Below are positions 28,087 through 37,869 of a stretch of 64,000 bases of DNA, piece after piece. Both the position numbers and the translations under genes were made by a program. Under the pieces are notes generated by a model, which saw only the letters and a program-made list of their open reading frames with translations, searched no databases and was not told the DNA's origin. Position 1 is the stretch's first letter. Each line of letters starts with the position of its first letter. The DNA comes from Alteromonas sp. (GTDB lineage: Bacteria; Margulisbacteria; Marinamargulisbacteria; UBA6595): contig CAXPTH010000006.1 of the NCBI GenBank assembly GCA_964220215.1, forward strand, positions 3,863 through 67,862, read 5' to 3'.

Positions 28087-29756
28087 ATCGAACCCGGTTT
28101 CCACTGATTATTATGGGGCTTATTGCCTTGGTGGGTGTGTTGATTGGGCGCTTGATTTATTTGCAATGGATTCAATACGATGTGTTGACAGCGTTGGCCC
28201 ATAATCAAATTCAAAAAACCCAGAAAATATCGGCATTTCGAGGGGGGATTTATGATCGAAACGATGTGCCGCTAGCCATTTCAAAGCAAGTGTATTCGGC
28301 CTATGCTGTACCAGTTAAAATTCAGGATCCATCCGAATGGGCCAAGCGAATCGCTCCGTGCATTCAGATGCCGGTTCACGTTGTTTTAAACAGTGTAAAG
28401 CCCAACACATCATTTGTTTGGTTGAAACGGCAGCTGACCGATACCCAATTACAAGCGCTTCGAACACTAAACGATCCAGCAATTGGCTTCTTACCGGAAT
28501 ATAAGCGGGTGTATCCCCATGGGTCCTTGGCGGCTCATGTCGTGGGTTTTACAGGCATGGATAGCCAGGGGTTAAGTGGTGTAGAGTATTACTATGGGTC
28601 TGCGCTGAGTGGGCAGCCCGGTAAACAAGTGTTGGAAAGTGACCCGTTGGGCGTACCCATCCCCTTGGGTAAAACAACGGTTATACAGCCGGCATTGGAC
28701 GGCAACGATGTTCAGTTAACCCTGGATTTAACCCTTCAGTATTTTACAGAAAAATATCTAAAAGAAGGGATTGAACGCATGGGGGGGATCCATGGGCAAG
28801 CGGTAGTTATGGATCCCCATACGGGAGAGGTCTTGGCGATGGCGAGCTACCCGACCTTTGATTTGAATCAGTGGCAAACCGATGCGGCGATGACCTATGG
28901 AAATCCGGTGGTGACCGATGTTTATGAACCGGGGTCTGTATTTAAATTAATTACAGTTGCGTCTGCATTAGAAGAAGGGGTTGTGACCGCTGGTACAGTT
29001 TTAGAGGTTCCAGAAACCTTGACGATTGCATCGGATGTAATTAAAGAAGCGCATGAACGCAATGCAGGAGAAACGGATCAAAAAAGCATTGAAGATATTG
29101 TGAAAGACTCATTAAATGTGGGGGTGAGTTTGGTGTCTCAAGATTTGGGAAATGAAAAGTTTTTTCGATATATTCAACATTTTGGATTTGGAAAATCAAC
29201 GGCTGTGGGATTGCCGGGAGAAACCGGGGGCTTGGTGCGGCCATTCACAGACTGGCGGGCCGTAGATACCGCTACAATTGCATTTGGTCAAGGCATTGGG
29301 GTGTCAAGTATGCAATTGGCAACAGCCGTAAGCGCCATTGTTAATGGGGGAATTTTAGTCCGGCCGCGCATTATTCAGAGTGTTAAAACGGATACAACCC
29401 ATAAATTGGCTCGGGGAATTCGTCGAAATCGAATTTTAACGCAAGATACGGCCAATGAAATGCGAAGCATGATGGAAAGCGTGGTCCAATCGGGGACGGC
29501 TGCGCATTTGAAAATACCGGGGTATCGCATTGGCGGTAAAACAGGAACGGCGAATAAACCGTCGCCGACGGGTGGGTATTATGCGGATCGGTATGTCGCG
29601 TCGTTTGTTGGATTTTTGGATACCCCAAGCCTTGTTCTATTGGTTATGGTTGATAGTCCCGAAAAAAGCATTTGGGGGTCAACGGTTGCGGGGCCTATTT
29701 TTAGACGTATTGCGTTGTCGGCTATTGATTACTATGGGGCATCCCCGATACACTAA
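28083..29756 (+). CDS. ftsI: penicillin-binding protein (FtsI/PBP3-type transpeptidase)
   Basis: 557 aa with an N-terminal TM anchor, a PBP dimer domain, and the motifs SVFK, SLN and KTGTA. Confidence 0.9.
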   Translation: MNRTRFPLIIMGLIALVGVLIGRLIYLQWIQYDVLTALAHNQIQKTQKISAFRGGIYDRNDVPLAISKQVYSAYAVPVKIQDPSEWAKRIAPCIQMPVHVVLNSVKPNTSFVWLKRQLTDTQLQALRTLNDPAIGFLPEYKRVYPHGSLAAHVVGFTGMDSQGLSGVEYYYGSALSGQPGKQVLESDPLGVPIPLGKTTVIQPALDGNDVQLTLDLTLQYFTEKYLKEGIERMGGIHGQAVVMDPHTGEVLAMASYPTFDLNQWQTDAAMTYGNPVVTDVYEPGSVFKLITVASALEEGVVTAGTVLEVPETLTIASDVIKEAHERNAGETDQKSIEDIVKDSLNVGVSLVSQDLGNEKFFRYIQHFGFGKSTAVGLPGETGGLVRPFTDWRAVDTATIAFGQGIGVSSMQLATAVSAIVNGGILVRPRIIQSVKTDTTHKLARGIRRNRILTQDTANEMRSMMESVVQSGTAAHLKIPGYRIGGKTGTANKPSPTGGYYADRYVASFVGFLDTPSLVLLVMVDSPEKSIWGSTVAGPIFRRIALSAIDYYGASPIH

Positions 29757-29761
29757 GTAAT

Positions 29762-30469
29762 ATGCGTATTTTAGTATCCGCTTGGGCTTGGCTTGTTATG
29801 ATTTTGGGCTTGGCTCTCCATGTGGGCATGACCCAATTGGGCATGCTGGTTATGCGAGCAACCCCGCAGCAAGCGGCCTGGTGCGCGCGTACGGCTCGGT
29901 ATTTTTTAATGGGTATGTTTTGGTTGAGCCGCATTCGGGTGGTTGTTCGGGGCCTCGACAATGCGATGAATGCCCACCCTGTGTTAATCTTAGCCAATCA
30001 TTGCAGCCATGCTGATATTATTGCATTGCTGCGAACATTGCCGATTCATAGTGTATTTGTAGCCAAGCAAGAGTTGTTTCGCGTTCCATTATTGGCGCAT
30101 GAGTTGCGCTCGCATGGGCATATGGCCATCAATCGAGCCAATCCCAGGCAATCGTTAACGGTATTAAATGGGATTGTAGATCAATTGGCATTGGGGCGAT
30201 CGGTTGTGGTGTTCCCAGAAGGCACACGATCTCCAGACGGAACCTTGCAGCCCTTTCATCGGGCCGTATTTTCGGTTGCATTTAAACACAATATTCCAAT
30301 TTTGCCAGTGACTATTCAGGGCTCAACATCGGTGTTATCCAAAGATAGCCTGATCATTCAACCCGGTACCATTGAGCTCGATATTCATTCGGTTATTCAG
30401 CCCAATCAGGCGGATACAGTGGATGATTTAATGGCTCAAGTCCGGGCGAGTATTGGGCTTCACCCATAA
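29762..30469 (+). CDS. plsC: 1-acyl-sn-glycerol-3-phosphate acyltransferase
   Basis: 235 aa with the acyltransferase motifs NHCSHADI and FPEGTRS. Confidence 0.88.
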   Translation: MRILVSAWAWLVMILGLALHVGMTQLGMLVMRATPQQAAWCARTARYFLMGMFWLSRIRVVVRGLDNAMNAHPVLILANHCSHADIIALLRTLPIHSVFVAKQELFRVPLLAHELRSHGHMAINRANPRQSLTVLNGIVDQLALGRSVVVFPEGTRSPDGTLQPFHRAVFSVAFKHNIPILPVTIQGSTSVLSKDSLIIQPGTIELDIHSVIQPNQADTVDDLMAQVRASIGLHP

Positions 30470-31738
30470 CGGGGACAGGGCATAGATGGCGATAAGGCCC
30501 AGTATGACATCATGCAAGTAGGGGATCGTAATCATAATCAACGTTGACAGCAAAAAGCAGCTGAACAACCCCCAACCAACAATGCGCAACACCCAGTGGT
30601 TGCGAGCCGCTCGGAAATGAATGTATGAAATTGTAGAAATCATCAGTAAGCTGGATACGACACTAATGCTGGCAAAGCCAATCGGGCTGCTCAAACTGGA
30701 TTGTGTGGCTACAATCACAAATCCTGCACCCACCGGCGATGGGAGTCCTTCAAAAAAATTTTGATGGCCGGATTGCTTAAATCGCTTGATTCGGTAATAC
30801 ACGCACCAGCCATAAACTATACCAAGACCAATGCCGATCAGTGAGTGTAAATAGCAGGCGATTAAAATACTGGGCGCAATGCCGAAGCTCAACACATCGG
30901 CGCGGCTATCCAACTGTTGCCCCCATGTGGATGACGTATTTAATTTTCGAGCGAATAACCCGTCGAGGGCATCGCATACGGTTGCACCCAAAAGACCGAC
31001 CATGGTCAATCTGAACTGACCGGTCAATGACCAATAAATAGCGGCAAACCCTAAAACAATATTGAGCAATGTAAATGTATTTGGAATTAAGGCATAGAGG
31101 TATTTTTTTGCAGCTTGATGGTCGTTGTTGGTTTGGTGCAATAATTTTTCCCATGTAAACAGCCACGCATAGTGTAAAAATGACCAAACGGTAATTCCAA
31201 CCATTAGAATAATGAGTCCTTGTATGATTGGTTCAGGCCAAGTAGTCACCCAGTGTTGCAGTAGACTTAGGGGTTTCCAGTACCAACCCATGGATGCATC
31301 AGGCTGGGTAACCACGCGTCCCAATAAAATACCACAGACGGGCAATGTAATGGCTGTTTTTAACTTGCCTAGTCCCTTGGCTTCAACTAAATTTAATTTA
31401 TGACGTGCCGCAACAATACGCAAAGCCATCACAGAGAATTCACGGGTTAAAATAATAAAAATTGGAAAACTGGTAATAACCCCCATTTGCAATAAAGGGA
31501 GCAAAACAAGCACCAAAATTTTATCGGCCAGTGGGTCTAAAATCTTTCCGATGTAGCTGATGCAGTTGTATTTTCGGGCAAACCAGCCATCAATAAAATC
31601 GGTTAAGCAAACCACAGTGTACAATACGATTGTCACCAATTGGGTATAGTGACTGGTATAGGGGGTTAGCATAAAAATAAAGGCAACGCCTAAGATGCGA
31701 AAGAGGCTAATAAAATTAGGGACTTGATTTATGATAAT
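30428..31738 (-). CDS. tandem CDP-alcohol phosphatidyltransferase fusion (PgsA-like N-half, PssA-like C-half)
   Basis: There are two complete DG(x)2AR(x)8G(x)3D(x)3D motifs: DFIDGWFARKYNCISYIGKILDPLADK and DALDGLFARKLNTSSTWGQQLDSRADV. The 5' end is extended to ATT 31738 because the upstream in-frame codons encode the conserved PgsA N-terminus NQVPNFISLFRILGVAFIF. Confidence 0.8.
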   Translation of the reverse strand: MIINQVPNFISLFRILGVAFIFMLTPYTSHYTQLVTIVLYTVVCLTDFIDGWFARKYNCISYIGKILDPLADKILVLVLLPLLQMGVITSFPIFIILTREFSVMALRIVAARHKLNLVEAKGLGKLKTAITLPVCGILLGRVVTQPDASMGWYWKPLSLLQHWVTTWPEPIIQGLIILMVGITVWSFLHYAWLFTWEKLLHQTNNDHQAAKKYLYALIPNTFTLLNIVLGFAAIYWSLTGQFRLTMVGLLGATVCDALDGLFARKLNTSSTWGQQLDSRADVLSFGIAPSILIACYLHSLIGIGLGIVYGWCVYYRIKRFKQSGHQNFFEGLPSPVGAGFVIVATQSSLSSPIGFASISVVSSLLMISTISYIHFRAARNHWVLRIVGWGLFSCFLLSTLIMITIPYLHDVILGLIAIYALSPLWVKPNTRPDLSH

Positions 31739-33921
31739 GTAAACTCCTTTTCTTCTATTTCTTCAGCTTGCATCAGTTGAATACCGGTTTCTTTTTCAAA
31801 TTGGTCAGCATTGGCTTTTACTTTGGGTAAGTACACGTTAACGGTGGTGCCTTTGTCAATCTCGGAGTCAATCTTGATGGCGCCATTATGCCGCAATACA
31901 ATGTCTCGAATGATGGGAAGCCCAAGTCCAGACCCGGATGATTTGGTTGAAAAAAATGTTTCGTTAATTCTACGCAGTGTTTGGCTATCCATACCGTGGC
32001 CGGTATCCATGCACTGAATTTCGATATAATTTCCAGGCATTAGTTGGCTACTTATTGTAATAGTGCCGCCATGAATACGCATAGCCTGCACAGCATTTAA
32101 TAATATATTGGTAAATAGTTGAAATACTTGATTTACATCGGCTTTGATAATAATGTCATTGTGAATGGTATTGACTACGGCGACTCGATGCTTATTAAAT
32201 TCACCGGTTAATAGTTCAATGGCTTGTTTGAGATGATGGTGCAAATTAATCGGTTGCAGTTTGGTGACCGATGGCTTTCCCAGTTGCCCCAGTAAACAAG
32301 TCATATTCGTGACCCGAGCTAACTGATTCATGACCAGTGATGAAAACTTTTCACGAAAGGATTCATTGTTCCAATTGCTTGGCAATAACTGAGCAAATGA
32401 ATGAATGCCTACCAATGAATTTTTAATTTCATGGGCAATGCTGGCCGACATGGTGCCAAGCATGGACAATTGGTTGCTTTGTTGTATTTTAAGCTGTAAT
32501 TTTCGCATAGCGGATAAATCCGTAATCATACATAAAATTTCAGATTCAATCAGTTGGGCGGATAAGTAGATGGAATTCACCATGCCATCGTACTCAATGG
32601 TGGTTTCAAAGGCAATGGGTACTTGGGATATGGCAACATATTCAATTTGCTGAATATCGGGGCACTTGTCATACACATGACTCACTTTTTTTTCAATCAG
32701 TGTGTGTGTTTCATTAAACAATTTCAATGCTTTCGAATTGCACGAGACAATATTTAAATTTTTGTCCAACACGATAATACCCACGGGGTTGTTGTCTAAA
32801 ACCGCTTGATTATAGGCGTTGGTTTTTTGCATGGCTTCGAAGTTAGCGATACGATTAATCGGTAATTTAACAGCGTCCATTGCAATGGGAATTAATGAAT
32901 GTTGTGGGATTAAAGTATCACTCGGATACAGTGGGGCCAGAAATAGTCCATGGACGTGGCCATGGGTATTTCGAATGGGCATTAAAAAATACTGTTCTGT
33001 ACGGAAAATAGCGCGAAATAAGTGATATACATCTTGATTTTGACTAAATATTGGATGCGTATGGGTAATGGATCGACTGCTTAAATCAGACAGTAGGGCC
33101 GCATGAATAAACAGTGGGTACTGATATAAACTCAAATAGGGTGTTTGATTGATTCCCATTGGAATAAACGATTGTGTGGCTGGAATATAATGAAAATATA
33201 CGATTGTTTTTAACCCGAATAGATCATTGAGTAGCCGGGTGGATAATCTGGCTAATGATTTTTGACTTGTGCATTGGCTCGATTCTATTGAGAATAAATG
33301 TAAGCGGGACAGGCGTTGAACATTGTTTTGGTTATTTAAATGCAACAATGCATGCTGAATAGCCAAGGCTAATATTTGGCTGATTTTCCATAACTGATTG
33401 TAATCAAATTGATGTAGTGCGCGATATTTGGGTAAGGGTCCGCACAATAAAATACCCTGCAATTTGCCCATAGAAAATAAAGGGAAGCAAATATGGGCAT
33501 TAAATTTTTTAAGCTCATCCATATGCTCATTGTTTGATATTTTGAAATTGCCGGTATAACTTTGAGTGACCAATCGCCGATGAACATCCAACCACTTCCA
33601 CAACGACTTAGACGGCAGGCTTGACGTATTAACAGGGTCGCCATAATGGGATAAAGCACGGAGTCCTTCATAGTCACTATCGGTGTAATACAGGCTGACA
33701 TGTTTAAACGGAAACACTAGGGTGATTTTTGATATAAAGGATTTGAACATATCGTGGTAATTCATATATTGGTGCAAACTAAAAGACAAGGAGTCCGAAA
33801 TGTTGTAAATGTACCAACGGCGATACGATATCAATCGAATGGCTAATAAAAATAAGCGACGGCGTTGAGAGACCAAAACGCTAATCACACCAATAACGAT
33901 TGGAATAATTAGCCAGTTCAT
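31729..33921 (-). CDS. sensor histidine kinase with N-terminal TM, GAF/PAS-like sensor regions (orphan)
   Basis: 730 aa with the H-box SASIAHEIKNSL and HATPase_c motifs (DTGHGM, GSGLGLPIIRDI). No response regulator is adjacent. Confidence 0.85.
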   Translation of the reverse strand: MNWLIIPIVIGVISVLVSQRRRLFLLAIRLISYRRWYIYNISDSLSFSLHQYMNYHDMFKSFISKITLVFPFKHVSLYYTDSDYEGLRALSHYGDPVNTSSLPSKSLWKWLDVHRRLVTQSYTGNFKISNNEHMDELKKFNAHICFPLFSMGKLQGILLCGPLPKYRALHQFDYNQLWKISQILALAIQHALLHLNNQNNVQRLSRLHLFSIESSQCTSQKSLARLSTRLLNDLFGLKTIVYFHYIPATQSFIPMGINQTPYLSLYQYPLFIHAALLSDLSSRSITHTHPIFSQNQDVYHLFRAIFRTEQYFLMPIRNTHGHVHGLFLAPLYPSDTLIPQHSLIPIAMDAVKLPINRIANFEAMQKTNAYNQAVLDNNPVGIIVLDKNLNIVSCNSKALKLFNETHTLIEKKVSHVYDKCPDIQQIEYVAISQVPIAFETTIEYDGMVNSIYLSAQLIESEILCMITDLSAMRKLQLKIQQSNQLSMLGTMSASIAHEIKNSLVGIHSFAQLLPSNWNNESFREKFSSLVMNQLARVTNMTCLLGQLGKPSVTKLQPINLHHHLKQAIELLTGEFNKHRVAVVNTIHNDIIIKADVNQVFQLFTNILLNAVQAMRIHGGTITISSQLMPGNYIEIQCMDTGHGMDSQTLRRINETFFSTKSSGSGLGLPIIRDIVLRHNGAIKIDSEIDKGTTVNVYLPKVKANADQFEKETGIQLMQAEEIEEKEFTLS

Positions 33922-34406
33922 TCTAAGCCTAATTGGTGAATAATATGGTATTCATGTGGGTCAATCGGGGTAATCGATAATCGAGACCCCTTTTGTAAAA
34001 TCATTAAATTTTGTAATTCTGGATGATCACGAAGCGTTTGAATAGGAATAACGGATTTGAATTTTTGTTCAAATGCTATATCAACCATCACCCAGCGAGG
34101 GTTTTCTGGACTGGATTGCGGATCAAAGTAGCGATGTGTGGGATCCCATGAAAAATGATCGGGATAGACTGTTTTGCAAACTCGAGCAAGACCAGCAGCG
34201 CCCGGAGGCTTCGCATTGGAATGATAAAAAACAACGCGATCATTTAATTTCATGTGGTCCCGCATGAAGTTGCGCGCTTGATAATTTCGAACGCCTTCCC
34301 AGGAGGTTGACCCATCGGTTTCAAGATTTGAAATCGAGTAAACATCGGGCTCACATTTCATGAGCCAGTAGCCAGTTATGCGAATAGACTGACGAGTAGT
34401 GTCCAT
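33918..34406 (-). CDS. EVE (PUA-like) domain protein
   Basis: 162 aa with YWLMKCEPDVYSISNLETDGSTSWEGVRNYQARNFMRDHMKLNDRVVFYHSN, the typical EVE/THYN1-type N-terminal pattern. Confidence 0.75.
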   Translation of the reverse strand: MDTTRQSIRITGYWLMKCEPDVYSISNLETDGSTSWEGVRNYQARNFMRDHMKLNDRVVFYHSNAKPPGAAGLARVCKTVYPDHFSWDPTHRYFDPQSSPENPRWVMVDIAFEQKFKSVIPIQTLRDHPELQNLMILQKGSRLSITPIDPHEYHIIHQLGLE

Positions 34407-36136
34407 AAAAGAATGGCACCTCCCATTGATACAGTCGCCAACGGTATTTGTGTTTTCACGTGGTCCATTAGATCACAGCCGGTGGTCATGGAACTGAGTA
34501 CCGTTGTGTCGGATATGGGGGAACACTGGTCCCCGAACACAGCGCCATTTAGAATTGAACAAAAACAAATGAGCATAAAAAACTCTAAATTCACCAGTCC
34601 ATGGGCCATTCCTACATGAAACGATAATGGCAATGCCAAGGGTAATGATACCGCAAAAGTCCCCCAACTGGTTCCTGTTGCAAATGCAATAAACATAGTT
34701 AGTAAAGCCAACAGTCCAGGCAAGAGCCAAAAGGGAATCCAACTGCCCAATAGATCAACCAAGTAGGCACCGCCACCCGTTGCTTTGGACATGGCGCCAA
34801 TGGTCATGGCCAACAACAAAATGAGCGAGCCCAACACAACACCCTTAAAGCCTAAAGACAAGCCATCGATAACATCTTTGGCTCCCATGCCCCGCAAGAA
34901 TGCCATTAGAATGGATGTCATTAACGCAAGGCCAAACGCCCACAATACTTTGGGTGATCCTAGCGTAATATAGGTGCTAATGGCGAAACCCAAGACAACC
35001 AGCAATGGAATAAAGAAATCCCCAATTGTAATTCGATAGCCACTGGGGACATGATCGGTATCGTAATGCAAACTATTCACGGGCTCTGCATCGGGGGCGT
35101 CTAATTCACCCGTTTCACGGGCCCTTCGAATCGCTGCGTTTAGCTGTTGCCCACACCAGGGTAACCGTTCAATACTTAACAGCAGTGTCGATGTGATCGC
35201 AAAAATAGCATAGAAATTAAACGGAATGCTTTTGAAAAAAAATGCGATTCGATCCGCTTCTGTGGCCAACCAGGCGGCACCACCCACAAAACTAAACGCT
35301 TGAACGTAACTGGGCCATGCGTTAAACGGCAGCAATATTGCAATGGGGGAGGAGGTTGAGTCAACAATAAAAGACAACTCTTCGTGACTGACCCGTTCTT
35401 CGTCAGCAAGTGGTCGAACGGTTGTGCCCACTAAAACAGCACTAACGGTTCCCCCTTGGAAAAATATGATCCCCAATAACCAAGCGACAACTTTAGCAGT
35501 TTTGGGACCACGCACAAAATGCTTGGCCATAAACTCAGCAAATGCTTTGGAGGCCCCTGTTTTTTCCCACATGCCCATTAAACCGCCCAATAACCATAAA
35601 TATAAAATTAAAACAGTGGCGGCATTTTTAGACATAAAGGTTGGGACCAACACATCGTCTAAGATATTAAATTTCCCAATTAAAAAAGCACCGGCAATAA
35701 TGCCCCCAGATAAGGCAGTGATGGGTTCTTTGACAATCCAACACAATAAAATAGCAACAATGGCGGGTAATAAAGACCAAATCCCCCAATGGCGCGTCAC
35801 TTTTAGGCGTTGAATATCGCCGTTGGTCTGAATGACAAACTCTTCGGTAACAGCCGGTGTTGTTTTAGCGGCATTCACGGCCTCGAGGTTTTGAGGTGTT
35901 AAATAGGCGGTATCAATCGGGACTAAGTTTTCAATAATAACGGGGGCTTTATTGTAGGTGTACGCCCATTGACCGGTTTCTGTTTTGAAAGCATCCACGC
36001 TCATGCGTTCAATGGTCCATGTGGGTGGGGTTGTTTTACCAATATACAAGGACAGTAGAACGCCAATGATCAAAACCAATGATGCGGGGCGTGTAATTGT
36101 TCTGAATAAATTTTTCATAGTAAAGGACAACCTCAT
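34376..36136 (-). CDS. polytopic transporter, Na+/H+ antiporter NhaC-family-like
   Basis: 586 aa with at least 10 hydrophobic helices. The family call comes from overall resemblance (e.g. VRPLADEERVSHEELSFIVDSTSSPIAILLPFNAW) and is only moderately secure. Confidence 0.55.
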   Translation of the reverse strand: MRLSFTMKNLFRTITRPASLVLIIGVLLSLYIGKTTPPTWTIERMSVDAFKTETGQWAYTYNKAPVIIENLVPIDTAYLTPQNLEAVNAAKTTPAVTEEFVIQTNGDIQRLKVTRHWGIWSLLPAIVAILLCWIVKEPITALSGGIIAGAFLIGKFNILDDVLVPTFMSKNAATVLILYLWLLGGLMGMWEKTGASKAFAEFMAKHFVRGPKTAKVVAWLLGIIFFQGGTVSAVLVGTTVRPLADEERVSHEELSFIVDSTSSPIAILLPFNAWPSYVQAFSFVGGAAWLATEADRIAFFFKSIPFNFYAIFAITSTLLLSIERLPWCGQQLNAAIRRARETGELDAPDAEPVNSLHYDTDHVPSGYRITIGDFFIPLLVVLGFAISTYITLGSPKVLWAFGLALMTSILMAFLRGMGAKDVIDGLSLGFKGVVLGSLILLLAMTIGAMSKATGGGAYLVDLLGSWIPFWLLPGLLALLTMFIAFATGTSWGTFAVSLPLALPLSFHVGMAHGLVNLEFFMLICFCSILNGAVFGDQCSPISDTTVLSSMTTGCDLMDHVKTQIPLATVSMGGAILLWTLLVSLFA

Positions 36137-36215
36137 TGCTGTGTTAAAACATTAAAAACAAACACTTCTCATTATAGTATTGAATCCAAAATAATGCCAC
36201 TTGAATTATAACAAG

Positions 36216-36245
36216 TTGACCATGCTTGATTTTTTGTGCTAGAGT
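36216..36245 (+). promoter_or_regulatory. candidate sigma70-type promoter for tRNA-fMet
   Basis: TTGACC (36216-36221), an 18-nt spacer, then TAGAGT (36240-36245), about 12 nt upstream of the tRNA 5' end. Motif match only. Confidence 0.3.
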
Positions 36246-36256
36246 TTTAGTATCGT

Positions 36257-36331
<75 letters not shown>

Positions 36332-36368
36332 AATTAGAGGGTTTTGCGTTATACTGATTTTTGTACTT

Positions 36369-36695
36369 ATGGATCAACCAAAATCGGAACGTGTACGTGC
36401 ATTAATTGAACTTGAGGTTCGGCCTGAAGAGCAAAATGGATTTGATCGTGCAGCGGGTCGTATTTTTCGGCATGACAATGTGATTGATCACTACTTAATA
36501 TCGGGCCGATATGACTTTTTAATTATTGTAGAATCCGATAGCATTACGGGGATTTCCGAGTTTGTCTCCAATCAATTGGCACCCCTGAAATCCATTCGAT
36601 CCATTACCACGCATTTTATATTGAAGCGCTACAAAGTGAATGGCGTGTTGTTGGAGGATCCCACTACACGCGATCGGTTGTCTGTAGCGCCATAA
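36369..36695 (+). CDS. Lrp/AsnC ligand-binding (RAM) domain protein, stand-alone
   Basis: 108 aa with a pattern like the AsnC_trans_reg domain (VIDHYLISGRYDFLIIVESDSITGISEFVSNQLAPLKSIRSITTHFILKRYK) and no HTH. It sits 4 nt upstream of the aminotransferase. Confidence 0.5.
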   Translation: MDQPKSERVRALIELEVRPEEQNGFDRAAGRIFRHDNVIDHYLISGRYDFLIIVESDSITGISEFVSNQLAPLKSIRSITTHFILKRYKVNGVLLEDPTTRDRLSVAP

Positions 36696-36699
36696 CTTT

Positions 36700-37869
36700 A
36701 TGACACATCCGGGACTCAATGCGTTTAATGATCGGTTGGATTTAGTCCCTTCCTCCGGTATTCGCTTGTTTTTTGACTTGGTATTAACGATGGAGGATGT
36801 TATTTCCTTGGGGGTTGGCGAACCGGATTTTACCACGCCGTGGGGGATTTGCAATTCGGCTATTTTAAGCATTGAGCAAGGGGAAACACATTACACGTCC
36901 AATCAAGGTATTTTGCCGCTTCGGTCCGCCATTTCAACCCTCATTCATGGGTATTCGGGTGTTCGGTATTGCCCAGATAAAGAGATGATTGTGACGGTGG
37001 GTGCGTCCGAGGCGATTGATATTGCCTTGCGAGCAGTTATTAATCCGGGTGACAGCGTGGTGATTCCAGAGCCCACCTATATCTCCTATTCCCCGTTGGC
37101 AACATTAGCGGGGGCCACGGTGATTCCCGTGAATACCGGTGAGACCCAGTTTGTGCCAACCTTGGCGGCGATTCAAGCTGCGGTGACGGATACAACAAAA
37201 TTGATTATGTTATGCTCTCCCTCCAATCCAACAGGCGCTGTGATTCCGCCGGAAACCTTAGCGGCGATTGGTCAATTTGCTTATGAGTGTGGCATTTGGG
37301 TGTTGGTGGATGAAATTTATTATGATTTGGTGTACGACGGACCCGTTCAGTCTTTTTTATCCACATATCCAAATGCCAAAACCAATACCATTTATGTGGG
37401 TGGGGTGTCTAAAAACTATGCCATGACGGGGTGGCGGATTGGCTACCTGTGTGGACCCAAAGCCTTTATTGAGCGGGCGCTCAAGATTCATCAATACACA
37501 GTGATGTGTGTGCCAACGGTGGGGCAGTATGCCGCCTTGGAAGCGATTCGCAATCACGCGGGTTCTGTGGCGTCTATGCGGGCGGATTATGACCAACGAC
37601 GACGCTTATTTGTAGCTGGCCTTAATGACTTGGGGTTGCCTACCGCAATGCCAGAAGGGGCCTTGTATTGTTTTGTGGATATTCGCTCAACGGGGTTGTC
37701 TTCCGAAGCCTTTGCGGTTCAATTGCTAGAGACCCAACGGGTAGCCGTAGTCCCAGGGGCGGTGTTCGGCCAGGGCGGGGAAGGGTATGTGCGCTGCTGC
37801 TACGCCGTGGCCATGGCTGACTTGAAAACAGCGTTGACACGGATTAAGGCGTTTTTAAATAGCCGGTAA
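36700..37869 (+). CDS. PLP-dependent aminotransferase, class I/II (aspartate aminotransferase-like)
   Basis: 389 aa with SGIRLFFDL, LGVGEPDFTTP, NPTGAV and the PLP lysine context GVSKNYAMTGWRIGY. Confidence 0.88.
   Translation: MTHPGLNAFNDRLDLVPSSGIRLFFDLVLTMEDVISLGVGEPDFTTPWGICNSAILSIEQGETHYTSNQGILPLRSAISTLIHGYSGVRYCPDKEMIVTVGASEAIDIALRAVINPGDSVVIPEPTYISYSPLATLAGATVIPVNTGETQFVPTLAAIQAAVTDTTKLIMLCSPSNPTGAVIPPETLAAIGQFAYECGIWVLVDEIYYDLVYDGPVQSFLSTYPNAKTNTIYVGGVSKNYAMTGWRIGYLCGPKAFIERALKIHQYTVMCVPTVGQYAALEAIRNHAGSVASMRADYDQRRRLFVAGLNDLGLPTAMPEGALYCFVDIRSTGLSSEAFAVQLLETQRVAVVPGAVFGQGGEGYVRCCYAVAMADLKTALTRIKAFLNSR

Noticed and set aside
31729-31765. Possible programmed -1 frameshift fusing the histidine kinase to PgsA::PssA
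   Set aside because: The phospholipid-synthase frame is -1 relative to the kinase, but no X XXY YYZ slippery heptamer precedes the kinase stop. A well-placed SD favours independent initiation.
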